In this document: positions 50,047-62,852 of the stretch, piece by piece | How positions within the stretch are numbered: the first letter of the stretch is position 1 | How the letters are laid out: each line of letters starts with the position of its first letter | Source of the DNA: Paraspadella gotoi | Taxonomy: Eukaryota; Animalia; Chaetognatha | Assembly: GCA_051294375.1 (NCBI GenBank) | Contig: CM119267.1 | Coordinates: 23,781,003-23,844,788 of the forward strand | Direction of reading: 5' to 3' | DNA: 63,786 nucleotides | Made by a program: the position numbers and the translations under genes | Notes under the pieces: model-generated | What the model was told of the DNA's origin: nothing | Databases searched by the model: none | Seen by the model: the letters and a program-made list of their open reading frames with translations, nothing else

Positions 50047-53040
50047 GAGAGGAGAGAGGGAGAGAGTGAGGAGAGAGAGAGAGAGAGAGATGTTCATTAG
50101 AAACTCGTCCGAGTCAAATGGGCGAATATGGTGGGAGTTAAGGTAGTAGGGAGGAGGGGAGGGAGAGAGGGGAGAGAGAGAGAGAAGAGAAAAAGAAGAG
50201 AGAGAGAGAGAGGAGGGAGAGGGGAGAGAAAGGAAGGGAGGAATAGCGGTGGGGAGGAATAGAGGGAGGCAGCAGAGGGAGAGAAAGAAAGAAAGAGGGA
50301 GCAAAGAAAGAGAGGGAAGAAGAAAGGGGGAAAAGGTGATTAACGTGGGAAAGAAGGGAGGGAGAGAATGGATGAAGAGTAAGGCGTATGTAAAATTTCT
50401 AAAATTTAACTTTAATTAAAATTCTAAGTGAGGAACGAACAACATTATATTAATGAACATTTATGTAATAAAAAATTTATAATATATTTTACAATTTATG
50501 CAGTCGGCCATATTTTATACTAGTACTAAACCAATAAATGTTAAAATTTCAATAACAGTTTTTTCAAAGATTTTTTTGCAGATTTGGATTCGTCATAAAA
50601 TAGTTGATAAAAGAAATATAACTCTTTTTGAAAAATTAAATCGATTAGAAAAAGCTATATTTTAAGCTGAAAAATTAACTTTTTATTATTAAATATAGTT
50701 TTTTTTAATTTTTAACCCACTTAATGAAAGAATTTTTAAAAAATGATTATATTTTCTTTTATCAACTTTTGCGAGGAATTCAAAATCTGCAATCAAAATT
50801 AGAAAAGCTTATTTTGAAATTTTTCGAATTGATAAGGATAGTACTATATATAAATATAGCCTACTGCGAAGATTAAAAAACATAAAATTAATTTTTTTTT
50901 ACAAATTAATGTTCAACTGATGGATTTTTGTTCATAATTGACTTTTTAGAATTTTCGTATGTTAACTTTCCTACGCCTTAATGAAGAGTGGAAAAAGGGC
51001 GACAGGGGGCGTGGATGTCAAAGGTCAATGAATGCGAATTTCTTCTCTCGTCACCCGCGAGAAAATGAGAGTGGGTGAGGCGAAGCCAAAGAGGCGACCG
51101 TTGGAGTGGGTAAGGGAAGGAAAGGCGGGGAGAGAGGGAGTTAAGAGGAAGGGAAATGAATGGAGAAAAGGCTGTTGAGGGGATGGAGAAAGGAAGAGAA
51201 AGGAGAGTTTAGAGGAAGGGAAATGATGGAGAAAAGACTGTTGAAGGGGATGGAGAAAGGAAGAGAAAGGAGAGTTAGAGGAAGGGAAATGATGGAGAAA
51301 AGACTGTTGAAGGGGATGGAGAAAGGAAGAAGAAAGGAGAGTTAGAGAAGGGAAATGATGGAGAAAAGAACTGTTGAAGGGCTGGAGAAAGGAAGAGAAA
51401 GGAAAGTTACAGGAAGGAAAATGATGGAGAAAAGACTGTTGAAGGGGCTGGAGAAAGGAAAGAGAAAGGAGAGTTAGAGGAAAGGGAAATGATGGAAAAA
51501 GGACTGTTGAAGGGCTAGAGAAAGGAAGAGAAAGGAAAGTTACAGGAAGGGAAATGATGGAGAAAAGGCTGTTGAAGGGGCTGGAGAAAGGAATAGAAAA
51601 AGGNNNNNNNNNNNNNNNNNNNNNNNNNTTAAAATCTAAAAAGTGAGGAACGAACAACATTATATAATGAACATTTATGTAATAAAAAATTTATAATATA
51701 TTTTAACAATTTATGCAGTCGGCCATATTTTATACTCAGTACTCAAACCAATAAATGTTAAAATTTCAATAACAGTTTTTTTAAAGATTTTTTTGCAGAT
51801 TTGGATTCGTCATAAAAAGTTGATAAAAGAAATATAACTCTTTTTGAAAATTCCTTCATTAAGAGGTCAAAAATTTAGAAAAAGCTATATTTTAAGCTGA
51901 AAAATTAACTTTTTAATATATTAAATATAGTTTTTTTTAATTTTTAACCCACTTAATGAAAGGAATTTTTAAAAATTATTTATATTTTCTTTTATTAACT
52001 TTTGGACGAGGAATTCAAAATCTGCAATCAAAATTAGAAAACTTATTTTGAAATTTTTCGAATTGATAAGGATAGTACTATATATAAATATAGCCTACTG
52101 CGAAGATTAAAAAACATAAAATTAATTTTTTTTTTACAAATTAATGTTCACTGATGGATTTTGTTCATAATTGACTTTTAGAATTTTCGTATGTTAACTT
52201 TCACCTACGCCTTAATGAAGAGTGGAAAAAGGGCGACAGGCGGGCGTGGATGTCAAAGGTCAATGAATGCGAATTTCTTCTCTCGTCACCGCGAAGAAAA
52301 TGAGAGTGGGTGAGGGAAGCCAAAGAGGCGGACCGTTGGAGGGTAAGGGAAGGAAAGGCGGGGAGAGAGGGAGTTAAGAGGAAGGGAAATGATGAGAAAA
52401 GGCTGTAAGGGGATGGGAAAGGAAGAGAAAGGAGAGTTTAGAGGAAGGGAAATGATGGAGAAAAGACTGTTGAAGGGGATGGAGAAAGGAAGAGAAAGGA
52501 GAGTTAGAGGAGGGAAATGATGGAGAAAAGACTGTTGAAGGGGATGGAGAAAGGAAGAAGAAAGGAGAGTTAGAGAAGGGAAATGATGAGAAAAAGACTG
52601 TTGAAGGGCTGGAGAAAGGAGAGAAAAGGAAAGTTACAGGAAGGAAAATGATGGAGAAAAGACTGTTGAAGGGGCTGGAGAAAGGAAGAGAAGAGGAGAG
52701 TTAGAGGAAAGGAAATGATGGAAAAAGGACTGTTGAAAGGGCTAGAGAAAGGAAGAGAAAGGAAAGTTACAGGAAGGGAAATTGATGGAGAAAAGGCTGT
52801 TGAAGGGGCTGGAAAAGGAATAGAAAAAGGGAGTTAGAGGAAAGGGAATCATCGGAGAAAAGGCTGGTGAAAGGGCTGGAGAAAGGAAGAGAAAAGGAGA
52901 GTTAGAGGAAGGGAAAAGATGGAGAAAAGGCTGTTTGAAAGGGCTGGAGAAAAGGAAGAGAAAGAGACGTTATAAAGGAAGGGAAATGATATGGAGAAAG
53001 GCTGTTGGTTGAGAGAGAATTCAGTGAGTTGAAGGCCTTA
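47815..53040. repeat. Arm of large inverted duplication pairing with ~53630-58105; contains an internal tandem duplication (50400-51603 / 51629-52830)
   Basis: 47820-47885 is the reverse complement of 58040-58103; 49480-49535 of 56020-56095; 50985-51050 of 54450-54530. Confidence 0.9.
51130..51603 (+). repeat. ~65-bp purine-rich minisatellite
   Basis: gaggaagggaaatgatggagaaaagactgttgaaggggatggagaaaggaagagaaaggagagtta repeated; also at 52370-53005 and inverted at 46278-46388 and 53660-54360. Confidence 0.9.
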
Positions 53041-55544
53041 AAGTTAAATTTAGAAATTTTACTACGCCTTACTCTTCATCCATCTCTCCCTCCTTCTCTC
53101 CCACGTTAATCACCTTTTCCCCCTTTCTTCTTCCCTCTCTCTTTGGTTCCCTCTTTCTTTTCTTCTCTCCCTCTCTGCCTCCCTCTATTCCTCCCCCGCC
53201 CCCAAGAGAGATGTGTTTCTTCTTTTTTTGTCTTCCAAATGTTTTCTTTGTTCTGCAAGTTTTTTATTCTTTATTTTAGCTTTGTTCCTTATTTTGTCAA
53301 CACTGTTTTTCTTCGTTTGCCTGTCCTTCTTTTTTTCCTTTTTATGGTTTCCTTTTCGCTTTTTTTTTTTACGTTTTCGTTTTCGCTTTGTTTATCTTTT
53401 CTTTTTTTTTTTACAAAATAAAAGGTTCCCATCGACTTTATGCGCCATATTTATCCACTGGTTCGCGATTTGTTACGTCCCGTTGCATGGCGCTGCGTCA
53501 CGGCCGCGGTGCACAGTGGGCGAGCGTTGTCATGGACGAAAAGGGGAAACAGCTTCAAGCATTTTGGGACGAGAAGATCCGAAATGTTGCACGGGTCGAA
53601 TCACCGACTTGTGAATTCCTCACCATCCAAGGCCCTTCACTACACTGATCTCTTGCAACCAACAGCCTTTTCCTGCATCATTTCCCTGTCTGTTAACTTC
53701 TCCTTTCTCTTCCTTTCTTGCCAGCCGCTTTCAACAGCCTTTTCTCCATGCATTTTCCCTTCCTCTAACTCTCCTACTTTCTCTTCCTTGTCGTCGCAGC
53801 CCTTCTTTCACGGCAGCCTTTTCTCCATCATTTCCCTTCGCTCTAAACGGTCCGCTTTTCTGATTCCTTTCTCCAGCCCCTTCAAGCAAGCACTTTTCTC
53901 AGCAATCATTTCCGCTTCCTGTAACTTTCCTTTCTCTCTTCCTTTTCTAGGCCGGCGCTTCAAGCAGTCTTTTCTCCATACATTTCCATTCCATGCTAGA
54001 CTCTCCTTTGCTCTTCCTTTCTCGCAGCCCTTAACAGTGCCTTTTCTGCACATCATTTTTCGTTCCTGTAACTTTCCTTGTCTCTTCGGCTTTCTCCAGC
54101 CCCTTCAACAGTCTTTCTCGCATGCATTTCCCTTCCAGGTGCTAAACGTCTCCTTTCTCTTCGCTTTCTCCTCGCCTGTCAACAGGTCTTTTCTCCATCA
54201 TGTTCCGCTTCCTTCTAACTCTCCTTTCTCTTCCTTTCTCATCCCCTTCAACAGTCTTTTGTCCATGCATTTCCCCTTCCTTCTACTCTCACTTTCTCTT
54301 CGCTTTCTGCCATCCCTTCAACAGCCTTTTCTGCATCATTTCCCTTCCTGCTAACTCCCCTCTCTCCCCGCCTTTCTCCCTTACCGCTCCAAGCGTCCGC
54401 CTCTTTTGCTTCCTCACCGCACTCGTCATGTTTCTTCGGCGGTGACGATGGAGAAGAAATTCGCATTCAATTCGACGCTTTGACATCCACGCCCGCCCTG
54501 TCGCGCCCTTTTTTCCACTCTTGCTTCATTAAGGCGTAGTGAAAGTTACAATACGAAAATTCTAAAAGTCAATTATGAAGCAAAATACGCCATCAGTGAA
54601 GCATTGAATTTGTAAAAAAAAAAATTAATTTTATGTTTTTTAAATCTTCGAGTAGAGGGATCTATATTTATATATAGTAGCTATCCTTATACAATTCGAA
54701 AAATTTCAAAATAAGCTTTTTCTTAATTTTGGAATTGCAGATTTTGGAATTCGCTCGTAAAAAGTTGATAAAAGAAAACATAAATCATTTTTAAAAATTC
54801 TTTCATTAAGTGGTTAAAATTATTAAAAAAAACTATATTTTAATATATAAAAAAGTTAATTTTCAGCTTAAAATATAGCTTTTCTAATTTTTGACCTACT
54901 TAATGAAGGCAATTTTTCAAAAAGAGTATATTTCTTTTTATCAAACTTTTTATGACGAAATGCCAAAATCTGCAAAGAAAATTCTTTAAAAAGAAACTGT
55001 TTTGAAATTTTAACATTTATTGGTTTAGTACTAGTATAATATGCCGACTGCAATAAATTGTAAAATATATTATAAATTTTTTATTTACATAAATGTTCAT
55101 TAATATAATGTTGTTCGTTCCTGCAACTTTTAGAATTTATTTAAATTAAAGTAAATTTAGAAATTTACTAGCGGCCTTACTGCTTTCATGGCCATGCTGC
55201 TCCTCCTTTCTCCCCATTCGTTAATCACTTTTCCCCCTTTCTTCTTACCCTCTCTGCTTTTGTTCCCGTCTTTCTTTTCTGCTCTCGCCTCCTCTGCGCT
55301 CCCTCTATTCCTCGCCCGCTTATTCCTCCCTTCCTTTCTGCTGCCCGCTCCGCCTCCTCTCTCTCTTCTCTCTTCTCTTCTCTCTCTCTCTCGGCTCTGC
55401 TCCCTCCCCTGCGCTCCTACTCGCTTAACTCCAGCCGCATATTCAGCCCTTTGACTCGGACGAGTTTCTAATGAACTGGATCGTCTCTCTCTCTCTCTCT
55501 CACATCTCTCCCTCTCTCANNNNNNNNNNNNNNNNNNNNNNNNN

Positions 55545-55582
<38 letters not shown>

Positions 55583-56476
55583 CCTCTCATTCATTCGTCT
55601 CATTTTCTTTCTTTTCTTCTTCGACTTCACACTTTTTCTCCCTCAATGGTTTTTACCTCATTTGTTACATTTTTTTAAAATTAATACTTATTCCGTTTAA
55701 TTTTTGCCCCAAATAGTTTTTTTCCAATTATCAATTCTTTTTTTTCTCCATTTTAAATACTTATGTATATAACAATATTTATATATATTTATATATATCT
55801 TTGTTAATTTTTTCATCTTCATTTTCCTCATTTATTTTCGTTCCTTATTTATTTCTCCGTTCTTCCTCATTACTTTTGGTCCCTTTCCCCATTTCACTAT
55901 CTTTTTATTTTCCTTCCCTTCTTCATTTTTCCTCCTCCTTTCATTCTCGACGCCTTTCCTCATTTCCCCTCTTTTCATTTTCTACCCTTCTTCATTTTTT
56001 CTTCACCCTCCCTTTTTATCGGGACAAACGTCGATATTTTCTTTGACCAGTGACCACCGGATATTTTGTCATCGGCGAAAAATGAGTTGAGACTCAAAAC
56101 GAGAATTTGCGGCGTCGGACGAACCATCGATCATTCGCTTCATTTTTAGAAGACTTGATTCATATTTTTAAAGACTCGCTTCATTTTAAGAAGACTTGAT
56201 TCATATTTTTAAAGACTCGCTTCATTTTTAGGAGAGTTTATTTATTTTTAGGCGTTCATTCTTAGGAGGTTTGATTTATTTTTAAGAGACTCTCCTCATT
56301 TTGTTCTTCATTAGTTGATAAATAGAATACTAAAAAATATTTATATATAATAAAGTTCAACGTTTTAACTTTTTAAAAATCGTTGTTTGTCCTTTCGAAC
56401 GCGGAGGCCTCCACTCCCTTCAGACCTTTACGACCAATTCAGAAGAGACAGGAGAGAGAAGAGAGAGAGAAGAGAG

Positions 56477-56524
<48 letters not shown>

Positions 56525-57894
56525 GCAGGTCCCGGCAAGAAGAGCTTCCGCCTTAAAAAATCTCTTGGATGAAGTCATCAAATTCTCGTTTTATTCCCCC
56601 TTTACTTTTATAACCTGTAACCGCAGACCTTCTCCTGCTCTCTCTCTCCTCTCTCTCTCTCTCGTTCTCTCTCTCCTCCTCGCTATCTCTCTCCGCGATC
56701 TCTTCGTCTCTCTCGTCTCTCATCTCGTCTCTCTCTCTCCCTCCCCGAGTAGATTGGTCTTTGCTATTGTTATTGTTATTATTTATGGTCAGGTGTCGGG
56801 TCAGAATAAGTTGGTTGCTCTTGGCTGTCNNNNNNNNNNNNNNNNNNNNNNNNNNNNNNNNNNNNNNNNNNNNNNNNNNNNNNNNNNNNNNNNNNNNNNN
56901 NNNNNNNNNNNNNNNNNNNNNNNNNNNNNNNNNNNNNNNNNNNNNNNNNNNNNNNNNNNNNNNNNNNNNNNNNNNNNNNNNNNNNNNNNNNNNNNNNNNN
57001 NNNNNNNNNNNNNNNNNNNNNNNNNNNNNNNNNNNNNNNNNNNNNNNNNNNNNNNNNNNNNNNNNNNNNNNNNNNNNNNNNNNNNNNNNNNNNNNNNNNN
57101 NNNNNNNNNNNNNNNNNNNNNNNNNNNNNNNNNNNNNNNNNNNNNNNNNNNNNNNNNNNNNNNNNNNNNNNNNNNNNNNNNNNNNNNNNNNNNNNNNNNN
57201 NNNNNNNNNNNNNNNNNNNNNNNNNNNNNNNNNNNNNNNNNNNNNNNNNNNNNNNNNNNNNNNNNNNNNNNNNNNNNNNNNNNNNNNNNNNNNNNNNNNN
57301 NNNNNNNNNNNNNNNNNNNNNNNNNNNNNNNNNNNNNNNNNNNNNNNNNNNNNNNNNNNNNNNNNNNNNNNNNNNNNNNNNNNNNNNNNNNNNNNNNNNN
57401 NNNNNNNNNNNNNNNNNNNNNNNNNNNNNNNNNNNNNNNNNNNNNNNNNNNNNNNNNNNNNNNNNNNNNNNNNNNNNNNNNNNNNNNNNNNNNNNNNNNN
57501 NNNNNNNNNNATCTTTAAAAAGGCTCAATGCTTAACCCTCAAACGAATCCCTACTTTGTTTCTCAAATCAAAATTACTTTTTTTCTCAACCTTAAATTCC
57601 ATCTCTCTCTCTCTCTATTTCCCCTTTTCACTCTGTCTCACTCTGACTGACTCTGTCTCATTCGTCATTCGTTCGTCTTCCCATCCAATCATCTCGATCC
57701 CTTTGTTCCGCCTTTTGATTGTAGCTAATTTTCCTTTTTTTTCCCTTTTTTTCTGTCATTTTTTTTTCATTTTCTCTCTCGCTGATCTTTTTTTTCACTT
57801 TTATTTTTCTTTGTATATTTTTCTTTCGATTCTATTTAAATTATTTTTAAAATTTTTTTAGGTGATTGGATTTGTTTTCAGTTTGGTTTTTTAT

Positions 57895-57983
<89 letters not shown>

Positions 57984-57997
57984 AATCAATCTATCTA
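57895..57997 (+). repeat. (ATCT)n tetranucleotide microsatellite
   Basis: Direct reading; inverted copy at ~47955-48080. Confidence 0.95.
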
Positions 57998-58109
57998 TTT
58001 TTTCCTTTTCCCACTCCCCATCCCTTGTCAATTGTCTTTCCATAACTCGAACTTTCTACGTTTAACAAATTGATCTCCATCATGTCTACTTTTCAAAAGG
58101 CATACAACA

Positions 58110-58188
<79 letters not shown>

Positions 58189-58949
58189 TTTTCAGCCAAA
58201 CAACGAAGAAGAGGAAACTGAGGCGTGAAAAAGAGGAAAACGACGACGACGACGTCAACGACGAGTGCATCAACCTTGTCGGTCGCAATAACGACATCGA
58301 CAATAACAACATAACTCTTTCTGCCAAGAGGAACGGATTTATTTTTCCAGCGGCGGCTGCGGCTGCGGAGGCGGTGGCTGCGGCGACTGCGGCGGCAAAA
58401 AAAAATATATGTGTTGACTTCTTCGGTTTTTGAGTGATTTTCGTGAACGTCACTTCTTGTGTACTACTTCCGTTTTGGGTGATAAGTGATTTATTTAAAA
58501 AAAATAAATTTGCTGATATTTGANNNNNNNNNNNNNNNNNNNNNNNNNNNNNNNNNNNNNNNNNNNNNNNNNNNNNNNNNNNNNNNNNNNNNNNNNNNNN
58601 NNNNNNNNNNNNNNNNNNNNNNNNNNNNNNNNNNNNNNNNNNNNNNNNNNNNNNNNNNNNNNNNNNNNNNNNNNNNNNNNNNNNNNNNNNNNNNNNNNNN
58701 NNNNNNNNNNNNNNNGATCGTTATTCTTAACAAGATCGTGACTCTCGCAGTAATTTAGACTCTATCCATTTTTGAATTATTAATATCAAATGGATAAAAA
58801 GTTATACAACAGAAATATTGAAATATTAAAAAAAGTAGTTCCATTACGCCTTCTCATCGGATGGCATCAAAACTGGCGACGTCAGCCGACAAGTTCGACG
58901 TGGCGAAAAATTGACGCGAAACGCCCCGACGGTTTTGGGGAAATAGAAA

Positions 58950-59070
58950 AAAAGAGCAATCGGTGGAAAAAAAGGGAGGAAAGGAAAGAAAAGAGCAATC
59001 GGTGGAAAAAAAGGGAGGAAAGAAAAGAGTAGAGCAATCGGTGGAAAAAAGGGAGGAAAGGAAAGAAAAT
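58950..59070 (+). repeat. 39-bp minisatellite x3
   Basis: agagcaatcggtggaaaaaaagggaggaaaggaaagaaa repeated. Confidence 0.9.
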
Positions 59071-60036
59071 ATCAATTGATGGGAAAGGGTGAAGTAAAAA
59101 AAAAGAGCATTCGATGAAAAAAATGGGAGGATAGAAAACAAGAGAGAAATCAATAGAAAAAAGAGGAATGGAAAGAAAAGAGTAATAGTAGAGGAATGGG
59201 AGGAAAGGAAAGAAGAATCGAGAAAGGGAAATGGCGGAAAGAGAATAAAGAGGAAGAAAAAGGTTTTAGCTTTAGAGAGAAAAAAGATGAAAGACGAAAA
59301 GGAAAGGATTAAGAAAAAAGGAAGAGAAAAGATGAAAAAAAAAAGAAAAAGCAGAAAAAAGCAAAACTGCAATAAAAAAGGGAGAAAAAAATAAAAGGAA
59401 AGAAAGAAAAGGAGGAAATTATCAAAGGAAATCGAGAGAAAAATAAGTAAAACTCAAAAGAAATGAATTGGAAATAAAATCAGAAACTTTAAAAGGGAAT
59501 ATTTAAAGAAAACGAAACGGGAAGGTGTGAAGAACTTTTGTTTTCACATAGTAGACGTTCGAAAGAGAAGGTGTATTAATTTTATTCTTGAATACCGTTT
59601 CCGCAAAGCAGTCTATCCGTTTTTACTGTGAAGAATGTTTGTTCTTCACGCCAACTTTGACGAGCATTCATAACGTCGCCCGTGCCGAATGTTTTATGTG
59701 AGATCCAACGATTAAGAAATAAAGTTTATAAGTTATATATATTTCAAAATTAAATAGAAAAGTATAAAATGAAATAGAAGAAAAAAAATACAGAAAAAAA
59801 TATCGGGATTTGAGGAAAAAAAGAAAAAAGAAAAAAGAAAACCCTGGCAGCAATGATTGAAACAAGAGAATAAAACTCTGCGGACAAATCCATTGCCGAT
59901 TCAACGAGGACCCGCCAGCGCATAAATCAAGCCGCCGTCACTCCCCCGCCTGAGGGGGCCTCGTAGAGAGAGATGGAATACTGGGCAAGAGTTTGAAAAA
60001 TAGAGAAGAGGGAGAGAGAGAGCAGAGACGAAAGAT

Positions 60037-60085
<49 letters not shown>

Positions 60086-60461
60086 GAAGAGAGAAGAGAG
60101 AGAAAAGGAGAGAGAGAGAGAAGAGAGAGAGACAGACACAGAGAGTCAGAAAATAGTTTTTTTTTCCACACCCCGCGGACAAAAAGACAATCGTCTTACG
60201 TGACATGGTTTCCAACTCTATTGGGTTTTTATTGATTTTTCATTCTTTCGTTTTTCCTCTTTATTTGTTTGTTTGTTTTGTTCTGAAAAAAAAAATATTG
60301 AAGAGAAAGAAAAATCGATAAAAAAAACTAAAAAAGAAAGAAAAAGAAAAAAAAGAACAAAATAAACCAAAACATTTGAAAACAAACAAAGAAACATCGC
60401 AAAAACTCCGTTTGTCTCAGCACTCTTCAATTTCACGGTGTCTCACCGCATCGAGGTGATA

Positions 60462-60498
<37 letters not shown>

Positions 60499-60776
60499 AT
60501 GAAAAGAAAACAAAGGGAAGTTTCTTTGTTCCCCAAAGGTCCAGGACCTCAATTGGATACTCTCTCCGTATTTTATCCTCTCGACGATCGAATAATAATA
60601 TAACAAAATTAATATACATTTCATCCCTTTTTCTTAGGGTATTCTACTCTTTAAACTGACTAGGAATTTTTTCAAGAAAAACATTACTTTAAAATGATTT
60701 TCACGACTTAAATCGACTACTCTGCGCGCCTATTTTTTATCCACTTGACGCGCCCATTTAACAATAATGTCCCAAG

Positions 60777-61221
60777 GTTTTTCTCCCCCTCATAACCTTG
60801 TCCCCGTTTGCGGAGGAAAACCTTCCGACGCCGTTTACGCGTCGATCCGCGTCGTCGATCGAAATTCGACCAATCAGAACGCAAGGATTGACGCGGCGTC
60901 CAATCAAAGCGCGAGCATCGACGCGACGAGTCGAAACGAACGAACCAATCAAACGGCTCCTTTCACCTGTTCATCGTCTTCCAATCAAATCGTTCCGTTT
61001 TCGTTCATTACGCCATCGACTAATCAAACGGCGGGAATATCGTCGTCGTCGACCAATGGGGAGACGGCGTCGAATCCTCGCGACGTTAGCGACGAAACTT
61101 CGTCCGTAGTGAATGACGACGTTAGAAATGGAAACTTTATCGAAGCGTCGACGACGACAACAACAACAACAACAACAACAACATTTGTGACGAGATCGAG
61201 AAGTTTTACTCAGCCTCCGAG
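60777..61221 (+). CDS. Exon of unidentified Ser/Thr/Pro-rich protein (5' boundary uncertain; in-frame ATG at 60767)
   Basis: 152-codon ORF, GC-rich relative to flanks; donor ag|gtaat at 61221/61222 (phase 2) joins the next exon in frame. Confidence 0.6.
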
Positions 61222-61327
61222 GTAATATTGTTTTCTTTCTTTCTCTCCTTTTTTCTTTCTTTCTTTCTTTCATTCTATCTTTCTTTCTTTCTATCTTAAA
61301 TTCACCCTCCACCACCCTCAACCAAAG

Positions 61328-61601
61328 CTTCCCCGACCACCACCTCCGCCTCTCACTCCTCCCGCCCATCGACATCCGCACCTCCGCCCTTCCCGCTTCC
61401 GGCACCTACTACGCCCCCTTACGACATCCGGGTGGACATCCCGTCGTACATCCGGGGAGGGGCGTGGTATTCGCTCGAGCGCCTCCGCCCTTCGCCTCCG
61501 CGTTTCCGCCTCTCTCCCGCCGACGGGCGGGACATTCGGGATCTTGGACGCCGGACGGTCCCGGACAAACGGACTCGTCTCGACGAGCCTTTCCGGGTGA
61601 A

Positions 61602-61638
<37 letters not shown>

Positions 61639-61737
61639 AGTTGAACTTTTCCGTCGCAAAATCTTCGTCTCTTCATTCGTTTCTCGACGCGTTCGTCATC
61701 GGTGGCGGCGACGACGATAATTCCGACGACGCTCGAG
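61328..61737 (+). CDS. Internal exon of the same gene
   Basis: Pyrimidine-rich 106-nt intron ending caaag at 61327. The frame continues open (FPDHHLRLSLLPPIDIRTS...LHSFLDAFVIGGGDDDNSDDAR) to donor ag|gt at 61737/61738 (phase 1). Confidence 0.6.
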
Positions 61738-62201
61738 GTCTCTTTTTTGGCACTTTATTCCGAAAGCGGCCTATTTCTTTTTTTTAATCTTTGAACTTAA
61801 CTTTAACTTATTTAAGCCTAATATTTTTTTAAATCCTTAAGCATTATCCCTAATTTTAACGTAATCTTTAACCTTAATATTTAATTCCTATACTTATTTA
61901 CTTACCTTTATCCTTAATTTGATCTTCTTATCTTAAACCTTAATCCTTACCCAAAATTTTTACCTAAATTTTATCCAAATTTGTAACCTAATCTTTAAAT
62001 ATAATCCTTAACTTATTCCTTTACTTAATCCTAAACCTTAACCTTATCTTAAGTCTTAAAATAATATTTATTTTAAAAATAAGCTGAAATTGGACGCTTT
62101 CTGAAAATATGCCTCTTTTAAGGGGACGCCATTTCAACAGACTATTCTATGAAAATACTTTTAAATCACAATTAAATCACAACTTTTTCATAAATATTCA
62201 G

Positions 62202-62309
62202 CATCGCGATTGGCTGAAGTCGATCGACCCGCGAACCAATCAGGAGCCGAGATTCCGTCTTTGTCTCGCGAAGTGGATCTGAGAACGAAAGAAGGAAGGA
62301 TGAGCAAAG
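62202..62309 (+). CDS. Internal exon of the same gene
   Basis: ttcag acceptor, 108 nt, phase 1-1, open (SRLAEVDRPANQSGAEIPSLSREVDLRTKEGRMSK), donor ag|gtta. Confidence 0.6.
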
Positions 62310-62404
62310 GTTACTAATTTAAAAAATAAATAAGATATTTTTTAATTAAATTACTTCTCATATATATTAAATTTTACCCAAAAAATAAACTCACCTTTAA
62401 TCAG

Positions 62405-62532
62405 TTGCTACGACATCCGCTAACGAAGTTCTTCCAATCATCATGCCGATGGACACCAACTGCCTTGAAAATATCAATGTAATTACAAGCGTTGCTGAGT
62501 ATTTACAAAATGTACTCCAGAAAAAGGCATAA
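62405..62532 (+). CDS. Terminal coding exon of the same gene
   Basis: tttaatcag acceptor, phase 1, open (ATTSANEVLPIIMPMDTNCLENINVITSVAEYLQNVLQKKA) to TAA at 62530-62532. Confidence 0.6.
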
Positions 62533-62808
62533 ATGTTTTCTCCTGTGCTTCAAGTAAAAACTATTACTCAGAAAAGGCTAATTTGTGTATAAGATTGAAG
62601 TTGGTATATGAAACATCAATTAATATTTTCTCTGTCTAGCTTTCTCTCATGCTATCCACTTTAAAAAATCAAATAAGCAAAGAGAGAGAGAGTGAGAGAG
62701 AGAGAGAGCGCAAATCAAATTCAAAAAGATGACTCCTTTCCGCGAGACGTGAGAGGCGCGGATTATATTGTGTTGTGTGAGTGAGAAAAAATGAGAGAGA
62801 GAGAGAGA

Positions 62809-62852
<44 letters not shown>

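Noticed and set aside
53440-54354. 304-aa ORF
   Set aside because: Lies in a noisy copy of the ~65-bp pyrimidine-rich minisatellite; the frame is not conserved in the cleaner copy at 45870-46388.
61790-62055. Telomere-like (CCTAA/TAACCT) tract
   Set aside because: Highly degenerate, no perfect run, and inside a predicted intron.
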